Shown here: piece after piece, positions 30,534 to 38,814 of the stretch
How the letters are laid out: each line of letters starts with the position of its first letter
How positions within the stretch are numbered: position 1 is the first letter of the stretch
Assembly: GCA_021731245.1 (NCBI GenBank)
Contig: JAKFXT010000008.1
Location: 1,045-65,044, forward strand
Reading direction: 5' to 3'
DNA from: Patescibacteria group bacterium
GTDB taxonomy: Bacteria > Patescibacteriota > Minisyncoccia > Phycocordibacterales > JAKFXT01
Length of the DNA: 64,000 nucleotides
Notes under the pieces: generated by a model
Databases searched by the model: none
What the model was told of the DNA's origin: nothing
What the model saw: the letters and a program-made list of their open reading frames with translations, nothing else
Made by a program: the position numbers and the translations under genes

Positions 30534-31913
30534 TTATTGCCCACCTATATCAAGTGGTGTTGATAGGGTGGGGGCATTTACTGTTATATTCGCACTCATT
30601 CCAATGGCATTTCTTTCTCCCTTTCTTGTTACTGCTATAAGTCCTACACCTTGCCCCGATTCTGAAATTTGGTCACCCAATTTGGCTACAAATATCCCAG
30701 GCCCACTGATGTTTCCTACGAATCCAATTACTTGCCAAGCGACAAGCTCGGTGACATCTACTTTTTTACCATCTCTCATTACATAAGCTCTGAATTTTAT
30801 AGTACTTCCTTCCTCTACTATAAGTCGGTCACTTGTTTCAATTGTTACCTTGTCGTTAACAGTAACCTCAAGAGTCCTAACTACGGTTTCAGTTTCTGTA
30901 GTTCTTACAGTCTCTGTTTTTATTTCAGTTGTTTCCTTGCTTTCAGTTTTCGTTTCGTCTCTTTCGTAAATAATGTCTTTTTCTTCACCAGTTAATCTTT
31001 CTATTGTTTTTTTCACATCCAATCTTTTACCTTCCAAGAACGCCTTTCTCTTTTCTTCAGTAAGTTCAATAAGTTTTTCTTTTGATTCAGCTTTTTTATC
31101 TTGAAGTCTTGTTTCAATGTCCTTAACTTCGGCATCTACTTCTTTGTGCTTTTCTTTAACTTGTTTTACCCAACTATCTTCTACAATTAGATTTGGTACA
31201 TCAGCAATTTTGTTTGTGAGGAATGCTTTTCTAGGATTTTCTACCGTTCCCGTTTCTGTTGTTGTAGAGGTTTGCTCTTTATTTATATTATTTACGTCTA
31301 CATTATTTATTTCTACATATTTTTTCTCCTCAATTATTATTTCTGCATCAGCTATTTTCTCCTTTGTTTCGGGGTCTAGTGGGGAAACAGCTACTTTGTG
31401 TTCAGAAGTATTTACCCAACTTGTAGTGCCTTTGAAGCCCATACCGAAAGCCGTGCCACGAACTGTGGCCACTGTGTTACTGGTCTTTACCTCCCATTCG
31501 GACTCTGGTGTTGCCAAAGATATAACTTTAGACCAAACACGTCCTACTGTGAGAGTTATTTTTATCAAAATACTTTTGTTACCATCATTTACCTCAATTT
31601 GTGGAATGGTAACTGCAGTTTCTTTATCCATACTCAATATTGAGCCGTCAGGGAAGTGAATTATCGCAGAACTATTTTTGCCAGTTTCAAGAGAAGCTCC
31701 ACTTTCTATAACGTCGCCACTTTTAAGTTGTCTAGATTGTCCTGGGAGCTTAAGAAATAGTGTGCCACGCTCTACTTCTACCCATGCCGTTTTTATAATA
31801 TTACCCTCTACTTTTGCGGGGCTATTATTTTCCGAATTATTATTTTTTAAAGCAAAAAAAGCTCCTCCACCTAGTATTAAAACAGCAATTCCTCCAAGAA
31901 TTAAGTTTTTCAT
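30534..31913 (-). CDS. FecR-domain membrane-anchored protein
   Basis: N-terminal TM, ETGKNSSA.I.F.DGS, VKTSNTVATVRGTAF; C-terminal Ig-like segment. Confidence 0.85.
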   Translation of the reverse strand: MKNLILGGIAVLILGGGAFFALKNNNSENNSPAKVEGNIIKTAWVEVERGTLFLKLPGQSRQLKSGDVIESGASLETGKNSSAIIHFPDGSILSMDKETAVTIPQIEVNDGNKSILIKITLTVGRVWSKVISLATPESEWEVKTSNTVATVRGTAFGMGFKGTTSWVNTSEHKVAVSPLDPETKEKIADAEIIIEEKKYVEINNVDVNNINKEQTSTTTETGTVENPRKAFLTNKIADVPNLIVEDSWVKQVKEKHKEVDAEVKDIETRLQDKKAESKEKLIELTEEKRKAFLEGKRLDVKKTIERLTGEEKDIIYERDETKTESKETTEIKTETVRTTETETVVRTLEVTVNDKVTIETSDRLIVEEGSTIKFRAYVMRDGKKVDVTELVAWQVIGFVGNISGPGIFVAKLGDQISESGQGVGLIAVTRKGERNAIGMSANITVNAPTLSTPLDIGGQ

Positions 31914-32028
31914 GAATATTATCCTAGCATATGTAACTTCTGTTATACAAAGCGTAACGTCTTTGACTTATTTGTTTTGTAGAAGTAATGTTTTTCCAGA
32001 GCAGTATAAACCAACAAAGGAGCTTGCG

Positions 32029-32403
32029 ATGATGACCAAGGTTGTGATTGTTGCGCAAGGAGATCCGCAGAATAAAGAAGCCGACTATTGGCAAATCGCG
32101 CGAAACCTACGCGAGTTGATAGACTCGGTGGATGTCGGCAAAGGTGCACATGAAAGGACTTTCAATGTGCAAATTGTCGGCTCTGAGAAGGATGCTTTAC
32201 TTGAACTTTTGAGCGAGGGCTGCTGGAATGGATGCCTCGTTTTCGTTTCCTCCTACTTCGTTCAACAGGCGGAGATGATTGCCAAGAAGCTCTATCCCAG
32301 GCACAAGGTGCTGGTTTACACTGTCGGCCTTCACCAGGGCTCAGAGCCCCTGCTGATTTCACGGGGTATGCTGGTTCCGGAGAATATCCGCGCTTTTTTC
32401 TGA
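32029..32403 (+). CDS. hypothetical protein, degenerate receiver-domain-like (GC-rich orphan)
   Basis: AAGGAG SD; alternating beta/alpha pattern (VVIV, SEKDALLELL, LVFVS, YPRHKVLVYTVG). Confidence 0.6.
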   Translation: MMTKVVIVAQGDPQNKEADYWQIARNLRELIDSVDVGKGAHERTFNVQIVGSEKDALLELLSEGCWNGCLVFVSSYFVQQAEMIAKKLYPRHKVLVYTVGLHQGSEPLLISRGMLVPENIRAFF

Positions 32404-32430
32404 AGCACACCTATCTTGGAGACGGAAAAT

Positions 32431-32460
32431 AACCGCAGGCACACTCGTGCGCCTGCGGTT
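32431..32460 (+). terminator. GC hairpin terminator
   Basis: AACCGCAGGC..GCCTGCGGTT followed by a T-rich tract. Confidence 0.75.
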
Positions 32461-32539
32461 GAATTTTTATTTTAATTTGCCTAAACACACTATTTATAGT
32501 AGTTTGTATAGGTTTTAATAAACCGAACTAAATTCATAT

Positions 32540-32698
32540 ATGTCTCAAACTAGATTAATCAAATTGGCCTGTGGCACCTGCAAAAGGGTGAACTATTGGA
32601 GCTCAAAAAATAAGAAAAAAGTAGAGCGAAAAATCGAGCTTAAAAAGTATTGCAACTGGTGTAGGAAGAATACGAAACATAAAGAATCTAAGAAGTAG
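32540..32698 (+). CDS. rpmG: 50S ribosomal protein bL33 (Zn-binding form); not in the ORF track
   Basis: MSQTRLIKLACGTCKRVNYWSSKNKKKVERKIELKKYCNWCRKNTKHKESKK. Confidence 0.95.
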   Translation: MSQTRLIKLACGTCKRVNYWSSKNKKKVERKIELKKYCNWCRKNTKHKESKK

Positions 32699-32699
32699 T

Positions 32700-32797
32700 T
32701 TTCAGTTGTCAGCTTTTAGCTTACAGGTTAAAACTCTTGAGAAAGAACTCTTTTCTCGCTACACTAGCAACTGACAGCTAGCACCTAAAAGCTGTTT
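32700..32797. repeat. inverted degenerate heptamer repeats
   Basis: TCAGTTG-TCAGCTT-TTAGCTT ... TAGCAAC-TGACAGC-TAGCACC-TAAAAGC-TG. Confidence 0.55.
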
Positions 32798-32799
32798 CA

Positions 32800-32873
32800 G
32801 GGCCTATAGTTCAGAGGTAGAATTTCTCTCTCCAAAAGAGAAGACCCGGGTTCGATTCCTGGTGGGCCCGCCA
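32800..32873 (+). tRNA. tRNA-Trp(CCA), CCA encoded
   Basis: GGGCCTA/TGGGCCC-G-CCA, TCTCT-CTCCAAA-AGAGA; canonical position after rpmG. Confidence 0.93.
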
Positions 32874-33007
32874 AACACAGAAAAGATGATACACATCATG
32901 TTTTCTGGTTTGGCGGGAGACGGAGTGATGTTTTGTCATCAGACAAAACCACGAGTCAGGGTCGTGGAATTTTGCGAGAGACGACGAGCAAAATATCCCT
33001 GACCGCC
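32874..33007 (+). repeat. tRNA-linked structured repeat (family A) 3' of tRNA-Trp
   Basis: Hairpin pairing with the tRNA end (CCCGCCAAAC/GTTTGGCGGG), CGGAGTGATG, GGGTCG..ACGACGAG..TGACC. Confidence 0.75.
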
Positions 33008-33058
33008 ATGCGGGTAATAAAAATGTGAACGAATTCTAATGATGTTAAAATAATAAGA

Positions 33059-33589
33059 ATGAATTTACTAAAGAATAAAACAATAATAGCAGCGATAATA
33101 ACAGGAATTCTGGGTTTAATAGCTGTTGGGTTAAATATTTATTTTCAAAAACCGACGACTCAGCAAAATCATTCTGGGCCCGGCGATAATGTAGCTAGAG
33201 ATAAAAATTTAAATGTTAACATTCAGCCCGTATCTCAAGATAGATATTTAAATTCTGAGCAGAAATCTTGTATCTTAAAGCAAATTTCTAAATATAATAC
33301 CCAAGATGTATCTATTGAATTGGTAGGATCTGTTAAGCAAATTTCTAATCAAACCGGAGCTGGAATATTTGTTGAACCACCGGATAATGAAACTATAAAT
33401 TACGTAAAGCAGATTGTTAATTTTCTAAAAGAAAATAATTATAAAATTGATGGTCCATATAACGTCGTTTCCTCGTACGATTCTAATGAACCCTTATTTG
33501 AAGGATTGCTAATAAAACAAGATAATGGTGAAGAATCAGTAAAAATCATAGTTGGCAGAAATGATGGTAAGAGTTTTTTGTGTAATTAA
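33059..33589 (+). CDS. hypothetical membrane-anchored protein (AT-rich)
   Basis: N-terminal TM helix; no recognised domain. Confidence 0.65.
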   Translation: MNLLKNKTIIAAIITGILGLIAVGLNIYFQKPTTQQNHSGPGDNVARDKNLNVNIQPVSQDRYLNSEQKSCILKQISKYNTQDVSIELVGSVKQISNQTGAGIFVEPPDNETINYVKQIVNFLKENNYKIDGPYNVVSSYDSNEPLFEGLLIKQDNGEESVKIIVGRNDGKSFLCN

Positions 33590-33591
33590 TT

Positions 33592-34455
33592 CTAAACCCA
33601 CCCCACGCTCTTATCCCTCCTAAACCAAGTTCTTTGACGCTTGGCATAATCCCAATTTCCTTTTTCTATTTTTTCTATTAATTCTTTTTTATTTATTTCA
33701 CCCTGTAAGTACTCTGCCAAATATCTATATTCAAGCCCCAACTCTTTCATACGTTTAAAACTTAAACCCCCTTTTCTAAGTCTTTTCGCTTCCGCAATCA
33801 TCCCTGACCTAATTCGCGCGAATAGGCGAATATGAATTCTTTTCTTAAGTTCTGCGTCAGGGAAGTCTAGTCCAATTTTTGTTATTTTGAACTCCTCTGC
33901 TAATTTAGGGTTTTTTATTCCCACGCTGGCTTTGCCGGCGCGGGCTATTTCAATTGCACGAATTAGGCGCACAGGATTTTTGGCATCAATTATTTTGGCT
34001 CGCTTTGGGTTTAATTTTTTTAATATTGTAAAAAGCTCACTTGCAGATTTCTTTGCAAGTTTTTTGCGAAGAGCTTTATTTGCCGGAACATCAGATAATT
34101 CTATTTCTCCAAGTAAAGCAGAAATATAAAAGCCAGTACCACCACAAATTATAGGAGTTCTGCCGTTTCGTACGATATATCGTATGATTTTTGTTCCATC
34201 TTTCACGTAGCGCGCCGCGCTGTAGGCGCGGCGCGGGTCTGCAACACTAAGCAAGTGATGTGGAACCCCCCTCATTTCTTTTTTAGTGATTTTACCTGTC
34301 GCTATATCTAATCCTTTATAAACTTGCCTTGAGTCAGCTGAAATAATTTCACCCCCAACTTTTTTGGCGAGTTTTACGGCATAGTCACTTTTGCCTGTAG
34401 CTGTGGGGCCAACAATGACAAAAATCTCCTTTTTGTGTGTTTTTTGAGAGTTCAT
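33592..34455 (-). CDS. miaA: tRNA dimethylallyltransferase
   Basis: GPTATGKS, EIISADSRQVY, VPHHLL, GGTGFY, YAKRQRTWF. Confidence 0.96.
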   Translation of the reverse strand: MNSQKTHKKEIFVIVGPTATGKSDYAVKLAKKVGGEIISADSRQVYKGLDIATGKITKKEMRGVPHHLLSVADPRRAYSAARYVKDGTKIIRYIVRNGRTPIICGGTGFYISALLGEIELSDVPANKALRKKLAKKSASELFTILKKLNPKRAKIIDAKNPVRLIRAIEIARAGKASVGIKNPKLAEEFKITKIGLDFPDAELKKRIHIRLFARIRSGMIAEAKRLRKGGLSFKRMKELGLEYRYLAEYLQGEINKKELIEKIEKGNWDYAKRQRTWFRRDKSVGWV

Positions 34456-34503
34456 CTTAGTATGATAAAATTTTGTCATTATAGTTAATCAAATTAAATC
34501 ATT

Positions 34504-35124
34504 ATGGCTAAAAATCAACCAAAAGAAAGTGTTATGGCAAAACCGTGTTCTACCCCAATTAAAATAGGGGAGACAATTCCGGAAATAAATTTTGAAATTT
34601 ATGACCCAATTAAAGACCAAGATAGGAAAGCAAAATTGTCAGAATTTCGTGGCAAATGGCTCGTCCTAATGTTTTATCCAGCGGACTTCACATTTGTTTG
34701 CCCGACAGAATTAGAAGAGATGGCGGGTTTGTATGAAGATTTTAAAAAGGAAGGAGCAGAAGTATTAAGCGTCTCAACGGACACCGTCTTCGTGCACAAA
34801 GCATGGCATGACCACTCTGATGCTATTAAGAAAATAAAATATCCTATGGCAGCAGACCCAACAGGTGCATTGAGTAAGGCCTTCGGTACCTACATTGATG
34901 AAGAGGGACTCTCACTTCGCGGAACATTCATTATTGATCCAAAAGGAGAATTAAAAGGTATAGAAATAACTCACAATGATATTGGTAGAAAAGCAGCAGA
35001 GACTCTTAGAAAAATGCGCGCAGCAAAGTTTGTCGCAACAAACCCAGGCAAGGTGTGTCCTGCCTCATGGGAACCAGGAGATAAAACTCTTAAACCAGGA
35101 ATGGACCTAGTGGGAAAGATATAA
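34504..35124 (+). CDS. ahpC: 2-Cys peroxiredoxin AhpC
   Basis: FYPADFTFVCPTE and VCPASW. Confidence 0.95.
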   Translation: MAKNQPKESVMAKPCSTPIKIGETIPEINFEIYDPIKDQDRKAKLSEFRGKWLVLMFYPADFTFVCPTELEEMAGLYEDFKKEGAEVLSVSTDTVFVHKAWHDHSDAIKKIKYPMAADPTGALSKAFGTYIDEEGLSLRGTFIIDPKGELKGIEITHNDIGRKAAETLRKMRAAKFVATNPGKVCPASWEPGDKTLKPGMDLVGKI

Positions 35125-35157
35125 ATAAAATAAACGAAGCCCGACACAAGTCGGGCT

Positions 35158-35442
35158 TTAAGTTTCTTCTCCTTTCTTTTGTGTGTAGCGTGGCGGATAG
35201 AGTCGCTCTAATTCTTCAGGGGTCAAATCTTTTTTTGGCTTGGCGCGATTTATTCTTGGTGGCAACAGTTTTGCCATAATAAATTCTGCCAATCGAGCTT
35301 TTATTCCTGGAGGCTTTTTATTTTTCCAAGCGCTATCCATTAGGACCTCTCTTTTTAGTCGGATCGGGACACTCGCCGAGTTCCACGATTTTATTCGGCC
35401 ACCAGCAGACCCTAATTTCGCTTCTGCAGGGTAATTCTTCAT
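35158..35442 (-). CDS. hypothetical basic protein (orphan); start uncertain
   Basis: Overlaps the 3' end of the upstream ORF; ends at hairpin 35137-35158. Confidence 0.4.
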   Translation of the reverse strand: MKNYPAEAKLGSAGGRIKSWNSASVPIRLKREVLMDSAWKNKKPPGIKARLAEFIMAKLLPPRINRAKPKKDLTPEELERLYPPRYTQKKGEET

Positions 35443-35665
35443 CTACTACGCATTCGGGTGTCTCACTTCTCGTTTTGTATATTGCGTAGACGTTGGAAGT
35501 GACTTTGAAATCTCTTTTTTCTCCTCTGTATTCCAGTTCAAGAATAAATCTGGACCCGCTCTCTTTTTTTCCTGTTATTGCTACCCAGACGGTTTCCTGG
35601 TGCCCCCCACAGCCAGAAATTGTGGAGGCCGTAAATGCTATGAATAATACAAAGATGCGAAGCAT
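35333..35665 (-). CDS. putative small lipoprotein (orphan)
   Basis: Signal peptide with ISGC lipobox; GGGGG SD; TGTTCTTTAAC leader motif; directly 3' of tRNA-Leu(CAA). Confidence 0.6.
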   Translation of the reverse strand: MLRIFVLFIAFTASTISGCGGHQETVWVAITGKKESGSRFILELEYRGEKRDFKVTSNVYAIYKTRSETPECVVDEELPCRSEIRVCWWPNKIVELGECPDPTKKRGPNG

Positions 35666-35699
35666 TGTGCCCCCATTAGAAGTTAAAGAACATTACTTG

Positions 35700-35780
35700 T
35701 GCCGGAGGTGAGACTTGAACTCACACCTCTCGCGAGACACGATTTTGAGTCGTGCGCGGCTACCATTACGCCACTCCGGC
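35700..35780 (-). tRNA. tRNA-Leu(CAA)
   Basis: GCCGGAG/CTCCGGC-A, CACGA-CTCAAAA-TCGTG. Confidence 0.95.
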
Positions 35781-35855
35781 AATTAATCACTAAATTACAA
35801 CAATAAACTTATAAACACAATTTGATTTTACACCACCCGTGATAAAATAACTTCA

Positions 35856-36884
35856 ATGTCACAATATTTAGGAGATTCTATTTTTTGGATTGAAATTGAT
35901 AAGGTAGATCCAAATCCATATCAACCCCGTCGAGAATTTGACGAGGTACGTCTTAAAGATTTATCCGAGTCAATCCGCCAATATGGAATCTTGCAACCAA
36001 TTGTTGTTACTAGAAAAGAAGTTGTAAAAGAAGATGGCGGACTACAAAGTCGTTATGAATTAATCGCAGGAGAAAGAAGACTTCGTGCTTCAAAACTTGC
36101 AGGACTTAAAGACATACCCGCAATCATTCGCGCGAACGCAGACGATGCGAGAGTAAAACTAGAACTTGCAATAATTGAGAATTTACAAAGAGAAGATTTA
36201 AACGCGGTGGATAGAGCCCGCGCATTTGAAAGACTGACAAGTGAATTCGGTTTTAAGGCAGGACAAATTGCACAGAAAATAAATAGAAGTCGTGAATATG
36301 TTTCTAATACAATGAGAATTTTGGCATTACCTCCTGAAATGCTGGAAGCTGTTTCAATGGGGAAAATAAGCGAGGGTCACACAAGACCACTTCTCATGCT
36401 TGCAGATAGACCGCAAGAACAGCAGGTGCTTTTTAAAGAAATAATGTATAAGAAATTATCTGTTCGCGAAACAGAAAGTTTGGCTCGACGTGTCGCCTTT
36501 GATAGAGTCCGCAAGAAAGAATATATAGTAGATCCAGAAATAGCAGATTTAGAACAGCAATTTGTAGAATCCCTTGGTACTAGGGTAAAAATAGAAAAAA
36601 GAGATAATGGAGGACAACTTATAATAGATTTTTTTACAGCGGAAGATTTGAAAAATATTTACAACGCTATTAAGACAACTGAAGTAAAAACAGTGGACCA
36701 TATGATGAATAAAGTAATGGGGAGTGTAGATGGTGCGGGGATTGTAGCTGTGCCAAGTTTTACTCCAGGAACTGAAATTCCTGAAACAGAAAATACACAA
36801 AACGAAGTTATAGATGACCGATCAAAAGAAGAAAAAGATTCCACGGACGAAGATCTATACTCTGTAAAGAATTTTTCCATATAA
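35856..36884 (+). CDS. parB: chromosome partitioning protein ParB/Spo0J
   Basis: PNPYQPRR, GILQPI, IAGERRLRA, IIENLQREDLN. Confidence 0.95.
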   Translation: MSQYLGDSIFWIEIDKVDPNPYQPRREFDEVRLKDLSESIRQYGILQPIVVTRKEVVKEDGGLQSRYELIAGERRLRASKLAGLKDIPAIIRANADDARVKLELAIIENLQREDLNAVDRARAFERLTSEFGFKAGQIAQKINRSREYVSNTMRILALPPEMLEAVSMGKISEGHTRPLLMLADRPQEQQVLFKEIMYKKLSVRETESLARRVAFDRVRKKEYIVDPEIADLEQQFVESLGTRVKIEKRDNGGQLIIDFFTAEDLKNIYNAIKTTEVKTVDHMMNKVMGSVDGAGIVAVPSFTPGTEIPETENTQNEVIDDRSKEEKDSTDEDLYSVKNFSI

Positions 36885-36887
36885 AAA

Positions 36888-37049
36888 TCAAAAGGGCCGG
36901 TAGAAATTCACCGGCCCCTGGGAATGAAACGAGCTTGCCTAAGGCTCGCCCAGCATTGGTCCCTTTAAATATCCATTGATAGACGCACCCACGGAGGGAA
37001 CGTTTCTCTTTGGAACCCAATGTTGTTATAAGGCACTACAAAACTGCTA
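36888..37049 (-). ncRNA. candidate structured ncRNA of about 160 nt
   Basis: TTGACA-16-TATAAT promoter with extended TG (37056-37083), paired stems, terminator GGGCCGGT..ACCGGCCCTTTT, no SD-led ORF. Confidence 0.55.
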
Positions 37050-37055
37050 CTTTCT

Positions 37056-37083
37056 ATTATAGCACCTAGTTTAATTTTGTCAA
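37056..37083 (-). promoter_or_regulatory. consensus sigma70 promoter
   Basis: TTGACA-AAATTAAACTAGGTGC-TATAAT. Confidence 0.8.
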
Positions 37084-37101
37084 GTTTTTCCTATACCTCC
37101 C

Positions 37102-37192
37102 AATTTACCCTCGAACTGCCTTGCGCAGTCTGACTGGGACGAGCAGAACAATTCGCCAGGAGGCGAATATGTGTGCAGTTTGGGGGTAAATT
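37102..37192. repeat. family B structured repeat, copy 3 (inverted relative to copies 1 and 2)
   Basis: Reverse complement reads CCCCCAAACTGCACACATA..TGCTCG..GCAAGGCAGTTCGAGGG, matching 6929-7016. Confidence 0.8.
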
Positions 37193-37206
37193 AAAAAAAG
37201 AATTTT

Positions 37207-38721
37207 CTATAATTTTCCTTCTCCAATTGCGTTCCTAATATGACGCTTAGCCATTGTGGTTTTGGTAATGTCTAGCCATTTTTTATTAGGCTTACTTTTT
37301 TTATTTACTATTATTTCTACAATATCTCCATTGTGTAGCTCTGTATCGAGTGAAACCAACTTACTATTTACTTTGGCGGCTGAAACATGATTACCAATGT
37401 CCGAATGCACCGCGTATGCAAAATCTATTGGACTAGATTCACGAGGTAAATCCATGACGTCTCCTTTTGGGGTAAATACGAATACACGATGAGCGAAGAA
37501 ATCAGTTTTTAAATTTTCTATTAAATCTTCTCCCTCTTTGTCTATATGTTGTGCTTCCCCAAGTTGTTGAATCCATTCTGGAATGGTTAAAGCGTCTTTT
37601 TTACTGACATCATCGCTTTTTCCGCCAAATATTTTTGGTCTATTTGGTAAGAGTCGCATAACCCAAAGTAGATTTGGATTAATACTTTTACCTTTATAAC
37701 CTTCTTTATATGAAAGGTGAGCGGCGATACCAAATTCTGCTTCGCGATGCATTTCTTCTGTACGAATCTGTACTTCTACTATGGATTTATCTCCAGTGAA
37801 AAGAGTTGTATGAAGTGAACGATAACCATTTGGTTTTGGAAAAGACATGAAATCTTTAATGCGTCCTGGTAGAGGTTGCCATTCACCGTGCAATATTCCA
37901 AGAACTTTGTAACAATCGCTTTCAGTTGGCACTATGACCCGTATCGCCAAGATATCGTGCACATTTGCAATTTCTCTTTTGCGCGATAGCTTTTGAAATA
38001 AACTATATATACCTTTAACGCGATAATCTGTCTTGAAATTACGAACACTATTTCTAGCAAGTTCCGATTTTATATTATTTAAAAACTTTTCTAACTTATC
38101 CTCAGCCCCCTTTATTGTTTCTTTAAGTATTTTTACTGTTTTTTTATAATCTTCTGGAAATACATAGCAAAAAGCAAGGTCTTCTAATTCACGATTTAAA
38201 CGTCTCATCCCAAGACGGTGGGCAAGTGGGGCATAAATATACAAAGTCTCTTCTGCAATGCGCTTTTGCTTGTGTTCTGGCACGTGTTGAAGCGTCTGCA
38301 TATTGTGGAGTCGCTCTACCAGCTTAATTATTATTACGCGTATATCTTGAGAGGTGGCTACAAAGAGTTTGCGTAAACTTTCTGTGTGGCGCTCAGCTCC
38401 ATGATATTTAAGTTTTCCTAATTTTGTAACACCCTCAATTAAAAAAAGTATCTCAGGTCCAAATTCCACACCCACTTTTTCCTGACTAGCGTGAGCGTCT
38501 TCTATGACATCGTGGAGAAGCCCGGCCGCTATGGATGTGGCATCCATACTAAGACGGGCCAAGTTTTTAGCAGTTTCAAATAGATGGAGAAAATATGGTT
38601 CACCCGAATAACGCTTGTGGTCTTTGTGCGCTTCTTTTGCAAATTCAAAGGCCTTGGTGACCAAATCAATTTCCTCCTTAGAAGGAGAGTTCATTAAACT
38701 TATAATCTCCTTAATTTCCAT
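37207..38721 (-). CDS. RelA/SpoT family (p)ppGpp synthetase/hydrolase (HD, synthetase and TGS domains; no ACT domain)
   Basis: RYSGEPY, LLHDVIED, YAPLAHRLG, PKPNGYRSLHT, EVQIRT, DFAYAVH. Confidence 0.93.
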   Translation of the reverse strand: MEIKEIISLMNSPSKEEIDLVTKAFEFAKEAHKDHKRYSGEPYFLHLFETAKNLARLSMDATSIAAGLLHDVIEDAHASQEKVGVEFGPEILFLIEGVTKLGKLKYHGAERHTESLRKLFVATSQDIRVIIIKLVERLHNMQTLQHVPEHKQKRIAEETLYIYAPLAHRLGMRRLNRELEDLAFCYVFPEDYKKTVKILKETIKGAEDKLEKFLNNIKSELARNSVRNFKTDYRVKGIYSLFQKLSRKREIANVHDILAIRVIVPTESDCYKVLGILHGEWQPLPGRIKDFMSFPKPNGYRSLHTTLFTGDKSIVEVQIRTEEMHREAEFGIAAHLSYKEGYKGKSINPNLLWVMRLLPNRPKIFGGKSDDVSKKDALTIPEWIQQLGEAQHIDKEGEDLIENLKTDFFAHRVFVFTPKGDVMDLPRESSPIDFAYAVHSDIGNHVSAAKVNSKLVSLDTELHNGDIVEIIVNKKSKPNKKWLDITKTTMAKRHIRNAIGEGKL

Positions 38722-38814
38722 CCAATTTATATTAAGGGTTTATTACTATTTTGACAAGTAAATTAATAAATGGTTAAATTTTACTTAGTCCAGTTTCCCC
38801 CCGAAGGAAGGAGT

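Noticed and set aside
31678-32028. N-terminal extension of the 241-aa ORF
   Set aside because: It is antisense to the FecR gene; the SD-supported start is at 32029
32800-32873. Alternative genetic code (UGA recoded), or a Gly(TCC) reading of this tRNA
   Set aside because: The 7-nt loop CTCCAAA centres on CCA (Trp); conserved genes translate full length under code 11 and several ORFs end at TGA
36808-37020. 70-aa minus-strand ORF as the product of the strong promoter
   Set aside because: TTG start without SD, runs through the terminator and overlaps parB antisense
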